DNA of 12,387 nt from Promethearchaeota archaeon (GCA_008080735.1 SHMW01000025.1:1-12387); one strand, 5' to 3'; positions 1 through 7,328 are shown, numbered from the stretch's first letter. Notes: a model not told the origin generated them from the letters alone. Program-made: numbers and translations.

Positions 1-71
1 GATTTAATATATTATAAATTGATTTAAGCTTTATTTTGATAATTTTTGTAAGTAAAAATATCTCAATTTAG

Positions 72-94
72 AAAAAATTTCTTAGAAATTTTTT
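72..94. repeat. Perfect AT-rich inverted repeat at the archaeosortase stop codon (possible terminator or protein-binding site)
   Basis: AAAAAATTTCT-T-AGAAATTTTTT: 11-bp arms around one central base, overlapping the stop codon (93-95) of the minus-strand CDS. Confidence 0.35.
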
Positions 95-1157
95 ACTTAT
101 TTTTAGTTCTTCCCGTAATTCCCTGTTTGATCAAAGTATACGCATAGATGAGAGAGATGATGAATTCAGGTATCCATTTATGCATCAGAAGCACGATTAT
201 GGCGGCGATAAACGAACTCGCGGCGCTAATAGAATAATGAATGTCATCCCAGGCATATCCGATATAATATAGATAAATTTGAATTAACATCCTAATAATA
301 TTCACTGCATAAAAGATCACAGAGGAGATTATGAGAGATTTGGTTTTCCGCCAGAGAATGTCTCGATTGGTGGTTTTGTCTTTGCTGTGGGGCGTAAAAA
401 TTATCACTCCTGCGAATACACAAATTGCTTGCACCCCTGTGCAAAAGGTTTCAAATCCTATCGAAGCTCTGCTGCCTATATTAGTGAAACTCCAATGATA
501 TTTCCCAATCGGTGAGTAAGTAGCTTGAACGTCCATATCAAAGAATAAATTAAGAAAATAGACCGTTTGCTTAACCACTATTTCATGTAACCAATAATTA
601 ATTTTCAGATCGAAAAAGAAATAAATTAGAATCGCTGATATTGGAGCACCAATTCCTAATAAGATAAGAGATCTTATAGAGAAAATATATTTCTCATCTT
701 CATATTCTATAACGGGCTTATCATATTTTATCTCTTCAACGTGCTTCTTCCCTTTTTTTAATTTTTGAGATGTTTCTTCATAAACATAAAATTGTAATCG
801 ACGAATAAGTACATAATTCAATAACAGCAATAGAGGAAGCATAAATATTGGAAAAAAATCTCTGCTAATTGATTCCATAAATGGAAGGTATAACCCTATG
901 ACAAAACCAAACAATATATTAAGAATAAAATAGACACACACAAGTATTTCTCTTTTCAATGGAATTCTACGATGGTTTTCATATAGTCTTACCAAAAATA
1001 CACATGAAATAATCGGTATAATTATAAGAAAATATAAATACGCAAGACTAGAAAAAAATAAGGAACCCCAATATCCAATATAATATGCCAAAATTAAATT
1101 AGCGGAAAATAGAGACCAGAAGACAAGTATTTTAATGAATAATTTTTTATCTAACAT
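93..1157 (-). CDS. artH: Archaeosortase/exosortase-family intramembrane transpeptidase with an extra N-terminal membrane domain (archaeosortase H-like)
   Basis: Multi-TM protein. The C-terminal half has the family Cys-Arg-His triad in canonical contexts: FETFCTG (Cys codon 441-443), VNIIR (Arg 291-293), WDDIH (His 237-239). An extra N-terminal block of about 4 TM helices is separated from the core by a charged linker. The ArtH subtype is from recollection of lokiarchaeal annotations and has not been verified. Confidence 0.8.
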   Translation of the reverse strand: MLDKKLFIKILVFWSLFSANLILAYYIGYWGSLFFSSLAYLYFLIIIPIISCVFLVRLYENHRRIPLKREILVCVYFILNILFGFVIGLYLPFMESISRDFFPIFMLPLLLLLNYVLIRRLQFYVYEETSQKLKKGKKHVEEIKYDKPVIEYEDEKYIFSIRSLILLGIGAPISAILIYFFFDLKINYWLHEIVVKQTVYFLNLFFDMDVQATYSPIGKYHWSFTNIGSRASIGFETFCTGVQAICVFAGVIIFTPHSKDKTTNRDILWRKTKSLIISSVIFYAVNIIRMLIQIYLYYIGYAWDDIHYSISAASSFIAAIIVLLMHKWIPEFIISLIYAYTLIKQGITGRTKNK

Positions 1158-1381
1158 GATTATATAAGAATAAATGTGCGTAAAAAATGAAATTTTTCTT
1201 TGTTAAAAAATCTTGTTCGAATAGCCTAGAACTCATCTTTATATAAGAGAATAATTTAACTCATTACTAAAGCGTATTTTAATAACGTGAAGACGTTTTC
1301 AATAGATTAAATAAGTTACTAATATATAGATAGGTAGAAAATTTAGAAAGCATTACATGCCTAATTCTACATTTAAAGACG

Positions 1382-1972
1382 ATGGAAAAGCTCTCTAATG
1401 AAAACCCTCGCGAACTCACCTATACTATCCAAAATATTGTAGTAAAATCATGTTTAAATCAGGAAATTGACTTAAATCATATCTTAACCAACGTGGAAAA
1501 CTGTAAATATAATTCCGCTACTTTTCCTGGCTTATTTATGCGAATTCCAGACCCGAAATGCGTAATCTTACTGTTCAAGAGTGGAAATATAATCATTACC
1601 GGAGTTTTACGCTTTATTCATATCCCCGCAATTGTAGAGCAATTGATATTTTCCCTAAATCAAAAGACCCAATATAAGATAAATATTGACTCTATTACCA
1701 CAGAGATTGTAAATATCGTCATAACGGCTGATTATAAACAACGGATTGATTTAAATTTGGGGATATTGCGACTAAGAAATTCACTATATGAACCTGAAGT
1801 ATTTCCAGGGATTATTTACAAGAATAAATCTCCACATAAAGCCGTATTTCTAATCTTTAGTACTGGAAAAGTGGTTATGACGGGGATTAAAAATCCAGAA
1901 GAAATCGAAGCTTTATTGATACATTTAGGTAAATTACTGGAAAAGAATAAGTTGTTTTTAGAAATAAAGTAA
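1382..1972 (+). CDS. tbp: TATA-box-binding protein family member (divergent paralog)
   Basis: Two TBP repeats: IQNIV..YNSATFPGLFMR..PKCVILLFKSGNIIITG and IVNIV..YEPEVFPGIIYK..AVFLIFSTGKVVMTG. The four DNA-intercalating Phe and both Asn residues are retained. Confidence 0.92.
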   Translation: MEKLSNENPRELTYTIQNIVVKSCLNQEIDLNHILTNVENCKYNSATFPGLFMRIPDPKCVILLFKSGNIIITGVLRFIHIPAIVEQLIFSLNQKTQYKINIDSITTEIVNIVITADYKQRIDLNLGILRLRNSLYEPEVFPGIIYKNKSPHKAVFLIFSTGKVVMTGIKNPEEIEALLIHLGKLLEKNKLFLEIK

Positions 1973-1974
1973 AA

Positions 1975-3063
1975 TTACTCTAATGAAAGTATTTGCTCTA
2001 AATCTTGCTGCAAGAATACTTTTAGCAATTCTATCATGTATATAATGTCTTGATATTCAACCATTTCAATATTCGTGTGCATATATCTAATAGGAACGGA
2101 TAAAATCGCGGTAGGAATCCCTTGTTTGGTTAATTGGATTGCGCGACCATCATTAGGTGCTTGTCTGGGCTCTGCTTCTAAGATAAATGGAATATCCTCT
2201 TTTTTTGCTAATGAGATGATTTTTTTAGCCAAGGGCGCATAGATATTAGGACCAATGCTTATGGAAACTCCAGAGCCTAATGCACACTCATAATATTTCT
2301 CTTTCGATAATCCAGGATAATCGATGGCATGGGTTACTTCAATGGCTAGTCCAATATCTGGAGTAATCTTATAAGACCCAACGGTGGCCCCTCTCACACC
2401 AATTTCTTCTTGGGAAGCGAATATAAAAATTACCTCATGTGGGAGGTTTTGTTTATTCTTCGCAAGCTCTTGGATTAATTTAAGAAGAACAAAACATCCA
2501 ATTCTATCATCAAAGGCTTTTGAAAAAATCCGTTTATTTCCAGTAAAAGCGGTACATGTTTGCTGGAGTGTGATATAATCCCCAATCGAGACATATTTTT
2601 CGACTTCTTCCTTAGAAGAAAGCCCAATATCAATAAAAAGATCTTCAATATCGCTGGTCTTTTTCCTCTCTTTCTTATCAATAAGATGGATGGGTTTCTC
2701 CCCGATAATTCCAATAATATTCTCTCCTCTTGAGGAATGCACCGTAATTTTTTGTCCGGGCAAGATGCGAGGATTTTGTCCTCCTATTTGAGAAAACCTT
2801 ATGAACCCATTCTTATCGATAAATCGAACTATAAACCCAATTTCATCCATATGCGCATCTAATAAAATTTTCAATCTAGGATTTTCTTCATTGCCAGAGG
2901 AATTCAAATAACAGATAAGATTCCCCAGATAATCCGTCTCTATGACATCACATTTTTCTTTTATTGAATCTTTTAAATATTCCCTAATTGTCCTTTCATT
3001 GCCACTACAACTTTGTAATTCCGAAAGCTCCTTGAGGAGCTTAAAATCCTCTTCAAATGTCAA
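1975..3063 (-). CDS. M42-family (TET-like) dinuclear metallo-aminopeptidase
   Basis: Motifs SGNE, DAHMDEIG, SKAFDDRIG, QEEIGVRGA, AIEVT and RYMHT. Length 362 aa, TTG start. Confidence 0.93.
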   Translation of the reverse strand: MTFEEDFKLLKELSELQSCSGNERTIREYLKDSIKEKCDVIETDYLGNLICYLNSSGNEENPRLKILLDAHMDEIGFIVRFIDKNGFIRFSQIGGQNPRILPGQKITVHSSRGENIIGIIGEKPIHLIDKKERKKTSDIEDLFIDIGLSSKEEVEKYVSIGDYITLQQTCTAFTGNKRIFSKAFDDRIGCFVLLKLIQELAKNKQNLPHEVIFIFASQEEIGVRGATVGSYKITPDIGLAIEVTHAIDYPGLSKEKYYECALGSGVSISIGPNIYAPLAKKIISLAKKEDIPFILEAEPRQAPNDGRAIQLTKQGIPTAILSVPIRYMHTNIEMVEYQDIIYMIELLKVFLQQDLEQILSLE

Positions 3064-3198
3064 TTTTTTTGTTTTAATTAAAAGTAGTTTTATAAAAATG
3101 TGAATTAATGAACCAATAAAATTTTTTTTTCACTGTTTATTTTTCTATTTGAGATATATCACTTTACATTTTAAAATCATCAGAAAAGAGAGATCTAT

Positions 3199-3909
3199 AT
3201 GTCGAATGAAGATAATGAGAACCAAGATTCAAATGAACAAGCTCAGACTGAAGAGAAGGAGCAAGAAGAAAAAGCTTCTAAAAAATCGAAATTCACCTTT
3301 AAATGCACTCGTTGCGATGCGTGCTGCTTAGAAAGGGGTCCAATTCCGATCACTATGTGGGATCTTGAGCTATGGGCGCGGAATGGTGTCATCGCTAATT
3401 TTCTTCCATACTTGGAGGTCTATACACGACCGAATGGCACCGTCGATTTGCTCTTGAAACCAATGCCCTCAGAAAAAAAAGAAGAGACCGAAAAATCTCC
3501 CGAAGAAGCCCTAAAGCAAACACCATTAGAAGATCTATTAAATGAAAAATGTCCGCTTTACAATAAGGAACAAGAAGAATGTCTTGTATATGAAAATCGT
3601 CCATTGAGTTGCCGAACCTATCCTTTAGATTACGATGGAACCCATTTTAGTATTGTTGATGTGGATTGTCCTGGAATCGGGCAAGAAGGCATGACGAAAG
3701 AGGATTTAAAAGAAATGAGAGATACTGCAAAGCAGATGAATTTTGAACTCACGCGTATACGAATCGCTCTGCCTGTTCTAAATCAAATAATCTCCAGAAA
3801 CGTAATGATGGATTTGATGCGCCAAAACATGGAAGCTATGTCGAAAATGAGTGATGAGGACCGCCAGAAATTGGAAGATATCTTCAAGAGCGCGCAAGGA
3901 GACCAATAG
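3199..3909 (+). CDS. YkgJ-family (CxxCxxCC) Zn/Fe-S cysteine-cluster protein
   Basis: FKCTRCDACC followed by CPLY..CLVYENRPLSCRTYP..CPG (8 Cys in total). Acidic low-complexity N-terminus. Confidence 0.88.
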   Translation: MSNEDNENQDSNEQAQTEEKEQEEKASKKSKFTFKCTRCDACCLERGPIPITMWDLELWARNGVIANFLPYLEVYTRPNGTVDLLLKPMPSEKKEETEKSPEEALKQTPLEDLLNEKCPLYNKEQEECLVYENRPLSCRTYPLDYDGTHFSIVDVDCPGIGQEGMTKEDLKEMRDTAKQMNFELTRIRIALPVLNQIISRNVMMDLMRQNMEAMSKMSDEDRQKLEDIFKSAQGDQ

Positions 3910-4033
3910 ACCAAACAATCCTTTTTATTCTAATTTTTATTATAGTATTTTATTAATCTATATCTTTGAATCAATTCAGATTATAAATATAAGATTTTTA
4001 TATTAGGCTTAAATTTATATATCCAGATTCAAC

Positions 4034-4558
4034 ATGCCCGAATTAAAAATTAAGAATTCAAAAATCAGATTAGTGAAAGGCGATATAACAGAGCTTAAGG
4101 TCGATGCGATCGTAAATGCGGCAAATACTCAATTGATAATGGGTGGTGGCGTAGCGGGCGCAATTAAGCGCAAAGGTGGTCCAGCAATACAAAAAGAAGC
4201 CTCGGAAAAAGCACCTATATCCGTCGGTGAAGCAGTTATAACGACTGGGGGAGAATTGCAAGCAAGATATGTAATCCATGCGGTTGGACCACGACAAGGA
4301 GAAGGGGACGAAGAGACTAAATTAAAAAATGCTACAATAAATAGTCTTAAATTAATGGATGAGTATCATCTTAAAACTATTGCTTTTCCCGCGATCTCAA
4401 CAGGTATTTTTGGATATCCAATTGAAAAGTGTGCAGATATAATGACATCAACTGCTAAAGAGTATCTAAATGGAGAAACAGAAATAGAAGAGATAATCTT
4501 TTGTTTATTTACACGAGAAGATTATATAGTATTTGAAAGTAAGCTAGAAAAAGTTTGA
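4034..4558 (+). CDS. Macrodomain protein (MacroD/YmdB-type ADP-ribose-binding protein or hydrolase)
   Basis: Motifs GDIT, DAIVNAAN, GGGVAGAI, VIHAVGP and FPAISTGIFGYP. Confidence 0.95.
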   Translation: MPELKIKNSKIRLVKGDITELKVDAIVNAANTQLIMGGGVAGAIKRKGGPAIQKEASEKAPISVGEAVITTGGELQARYVIHAVGPRQGEGDEETKLKNATINSLKLMDEYHLKTIAFPAISTGIFGYPIEKCADIMTSTAKEYLNGETEIEEIIFCLFTREDYIVFESKLEKV

Positions 4559-4576
4559 AGAAAGCTATTTAGTCGT

Positions 4577-4699
4577 TCAGATATTTATATAATTAACCAT
4601 TTTTAAAGCGATTAACTCCGCGTCAACTACATCTGAGCCAAGTTTTTCTGGGGCGCCCTTTTTATATCCTTCTATCCAATGCTTATATTTATTTTGCAT
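4577..4699 (-). pseudogene. Uncalled 40-aa ORF (MQNKYKHWIEGYKKGAPEKLGSDVVDAELIALKMVNYINI): small protein or 5' remnant of a truncated gene
   Basis: ATG at 4699 lies 11 nt after the GNAT stop, preceded by TGAGGA (SD-like, overlapping that stop). Its core has coding-like GC content compared with the other intergenic DNA. TGA at 4577-4579. Confidence 0.5.
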
Positions 4700-4710
4700 T
4701 TGATTTTTCC

Positions 4711-5490
4711 TCATATTCGTTCTTTTAACCTTTCTATAGTCTCTTTTCTCATCCCTGGTTTGTATGTGATTAGTTCTCCATTAAATATTACCGAAAATAC
4801 TCCATATGGATGAACTGCATGCTTTTTAACATCTTTCGCGGTTTCAAGAACTCTTAATTCTATTGAAATATTATTTTGATCTGCAAATTCTTTAATTTCA
4901 TCGATCATATTTAATATATGCGGACATTGGTACGTATATAATACTGAGATCCCTTCTCCATATTGGTTTAGGTTTTCTTCGAAATTATCGTTAAATTTAG
5001 GAGTCGGCGCATTCCCAGAGAATCTTAAAGCATACAAACTAAAGTATGGTTCATATTCATCTACTTTCTCAAAACCATTCTTTTCATATATACTAGGACG
5101 TGGGAGCCATCCTTGTTTATCTGCGGTCATACTGACTACGCCATACATATTTTCCCTTTTTGCCTCCTCTATAGCTTTTTTTAATAAGTTGGTCCCGTGC
5201 CCTTTTTCTTTTGCTTTTCCTGTTACCCATAAACAGATTATAGTCATCCAGCCCTCCGCAGAGATCCCCCGCCATGCGAATTCTCCAGGAATATATTCGA
5301 TAAATCCTCGGGATGTTTCTTTTCCTCTTTCTTGGACAAGGAGAAGTTGATATTTTAATCCATTGTCAAATTGTTGCTTCAGCCAGTTTACCTTCTTTTT
5401 GTTCCCCTCTTCTCTCATATAGGATTTACGACAAAATAGACCACATTCGTCAATATTTTCTTCATTAACTTCTATAATTTTTGCACACAT
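4711..5490 (-). CDS. GNAT-family N-acetyltransferase with C-terminal YoaP-like (thioredoxin-like) domain
   Basis: GFIEYIPGEFAWR; CLWVTGKAKEKGHGTNLL (acetyl-CoA-binding motif A); YEKNGF; C-terminal YTYQCPH..HPYGVFSVIFNGE. Confidence 0.9.
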   Translation of the reverse strand: MCAKIIEVNEENIDECGLFCRKSYMREEGNKKKVNWLKQQFDNGLKYQLLLVQERGKETSRGFIEYIPGEFAWRGISAEGWMTIICLWVTGKAKEKGHGTNLLKKAIEEAKRENMYGVVSMTADKQGWLPRPSIYEKNGFEKVDEYEPYFSLYALRFSGNAPTPKFNDNFEENLNQYGEGISVLYTYQCPHILNMIDEIKEFADQNNISIELRVLETAKDVKKHAVHPYGVFSVIFNGELITYKPGMRKETIERLKERI

Positions 5491-5606
5491 GTTTTATCTT
5501 TATACTTTTTTAATTTTTTTATTTATAATTTACATTTATCATTAGTTTAAGAAAAAAATTGAAGTAATTCTAATTTATATTATCGAATTTATATGTTTCC
5601 ACTTAT

Positions 5607-6128
5607 TCATTCCTCAAATTCCTCGAAAAATCCTTGCTCTGCCCACCATTTAATTCCATCTTCTTGCCATTCAGGCCATCCTTCAAGCCAAGGAGCAATG
5701 TGACAATCTCGTATTCTATCGCAGATTGGAAAATACGCCTTTAAGTCGATAATCGGAGTTCCATTAAAGGCGTCAATTCCTCCAACTTTAATAATACCGT
5801 TTTCTTCATCCACAGCTAAAATATTGGTAGTAGTTAATGCGATGGGATTTGGACGATATTCCGCTCTAGTGGCAAAGATCCCTGTTTCTGGTAAATTATC
5901 TCCATATGGGGGTATGGTGGTGAGGAATTTTGTAGAATTTCTCATCTTTTCCGTATCATTTTCATGTGCCCACCAAAATACCATAACATGACTAAATTTA
6001 TCGAGTTCCTTTAAGGCTTTTCGATATTGTTCCGAGATATCCAAAAAATATTCCGCGTTCATTGGATCCTCACCCTCTACCCTAATGGTTCCGATTGCTT
6101 TTATTTTATATCCTTCTGTTGTCTGCAT
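5607..6128 (-). CDS. TrmO/TsaA/YaeB-family SAM-binding beta-barrel methyltransferase-like protein (single domain)
   Basis: Motifs AIGTI, LKELDKFSHVMVFWWAH, GIFATRAEYRPNPI and DAFNGTPIIDLKAY. Confidence 0.9.
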   Translation of the reverse strand: MQTTEGYKIKAIGTIRVEGEDPMNAEYFLDISEQYRKALKELDKFSHVMVFWWAHENDTEKMRNSTKFLTTIPPYGDNLPETGIFATRAEYRPNPIALTTTNILAVDEENGIIKVGGIDAFNGTPIIDLKAYFPICDRIRDCHIAPWLEGWPEWQEDGIKWWAEQGFFEEFEE

Positions 6129-6153
6129 TTTTTTTCATTTTCAATTTTATTTC

Positions 6154-6177
6154 TGTGACTTAAAAAATCAAGTCTCA
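6154..6177. promoter_or_regulatory. Candidate operator: imperfect inverted repeat in the divergent promoter region
   Basis: TGTGACTT-N8-AAGTCTCA (7 of 8 positions complementary). It lies immediately downstream of a minus-strand TATA-like TTAAATA (6178-6184) and 25 nt upstream of the TrmO-like start. Confidence 0.5.
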
Positions 6178-6277
6178 TATTTAAGTTGAATGAATTTATC
6201 TCTAGAAAAAGTGAACACTCTTATATATGATGAAAAATATATTTAAATTAAGAAAATTAAGATGTTCGGATCTAATC

Positions 6278-6778
6278 ATGGAATTAAAAATAACCGAGAA
6301 GAAGATATTTAAATTTCTTGGGGTGGTTTTTTATGGAAAACCCTTCCATACTCACGAGCCATGGAGCGAGAAAAACGAGATAGGAAACACATGGAATCGT
6401 TATATAAAATTATATAAAAAATATAAAGAATTTCTTGATTCAATTCGAGCTGGAGATGAGGTTGGATTTGAAATTCATATTGAACCACAAGATTACGATA
6501 AAGACCGAAAGTTTGATATTTTCGTTGGTTTAGAGGTTATAAATTTCGATTATTTTCCAATTGAATTCTATAGTAAAATTTTGCCCAAAACGGAATATCT
6601 TTTTTTTAATACTGAGTATAAAAGCTCAGAAACAGAATGGGTTTTCAGAGAATGGCTTCCTGAATCTGATTACACTCAATCATACCCCTATATAATGCAA
6701 ACATATTCCCCAAAAAGATGGGAAGAAAATAACTTAATGGATTGGTATATCCCCATAAAAAAGAAGGAGGAATCTTGA
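6278..6778 (+). CDS. GyrI-like (AraC effector-binding) small-molecule-binding protein
   Basis: MELKITEKKIFKFLGV..EIGNTWNRY..FDIFVGLEV..LPKTEYLFF..FREWLPESDY..WYIPIK fits the GyrI/CASS2 pattern. The start is more likely ATG 6278 than 6227, because the domain begins there and the upstream extension is AT-rich and promoter-like. Confidence 0.85.
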   Translation: MELKITEKKIFKFLGVVFYGKPFHTHEPWSEKNEIGNTWNRYIKLYKKYKEFLDSIRAGDEVGFEIHIEPQDYDKDRKFDIFVGLEVINFDYFPIEFYSKILPKTEYLFFNTEYKSSETEWVFREWLPESDYTQSYPYIMQTYSPKRWEENNLMDWYIPIKKKEES

Positions 6779-6779
6779 A

Positions 6780-7166
6780 ATGAACTTAAAAGATGATAAT
6801 GAGGATCTTATTTCCTCCTTAAATCAATCATTAAAGGAAATAACTGAAATTCAAAAATGTTTGGGGAATGAAAATCGTTTGGAAATTCTTGTTTTACTAC
6901 TTGATAAACCAAAATCTTACTCTTTTATTGTGGAATCATTAGATTTGAAAAAGACGGCTGTATCCAATCATTTAACTCAATTACTAGAAACAAATCTTAT
7001 CGAGAAGATTGATTATGGTGTATATAACATTACGGGCGATGGACTAGAGTTTCTTAAAGCAATTAATAATGCGTTTCATAACTCTCCTTCCAGAAAACTG
7101 GAACGATTTGAAGCTATGCAGAGTCGAGGGCTTTCTGAATCGTTTTTAAAGAGATTTGACAAGTAA
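6780..7166 (+). CDS. ArsR/SmtB-type winged helix-turn-helix transcriptional regulator
   Basis: LGNENRLEILVLL..KTAVSNHLTQLLETNLIEK..YNITGDG. It starts 1 nt after the upstream stop (TGA-A-ATG), with AAGGAGG at 6764-6770. Confidence 0.88.
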   Translation: MNLKDDNEDLISSLNQSLKEITEIQKCLGNENRLEILVLLLDKPKSYSFIVESLDLKKTAVSNHLTQLLETNLIEKIDYGVYNITGDGLEFLKAINNAFHNSPSRKLERFEAMQSRGLSESFLKRFDK

Positions 7167-7328
7167 TTCGAGGTTTTTCATTACAGCATTGAATCGTGGA
7201 AAGAATTTATACTAACTCTTTTAATTTTTTAAGTCATTCGTAAATTCAATCAATAGGAAAAAAGTCTTTTTACATTCTCTACTTAGATTATATTAATAAT
7301 CTTAATTACTGAATATATCTGAAAAAAA

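Noticed and set aside
2384-2714. ORFs 2384-2578 (+) and 2475-2714 (-)
   Set aside because: Shadow or alternative-frame ORFs inside the M42 peptidase with no recognisable motifs.
3149-3604. ORFs 3149-3331 (+) and 3395-3604 (-)
   Set aside because: They overlap the YkgJ gene. The basic composition of the first is a frame artefact of GAA/AAG-rich codons.
4070-4297. 75-aa minus-strand ORF
   Set aside because: Antisense to the well-conserved macrodomain gene.
6227-6277. Longer N-terminus for the GyrI-like protein
   Set aside because: The sequence is AT-rich and promoter-like, and the domain pattern begins at Met 6278.
4556-6778. Selenocysteine readthrough of TGA stops (macrodomain, GNAT, TrmO-like, GyrI)
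   Set aside because: The domains are complete before each TGA, none of the TGAs sits at a catalytic Cys position, and I recognised no SECIS-like hairpin.
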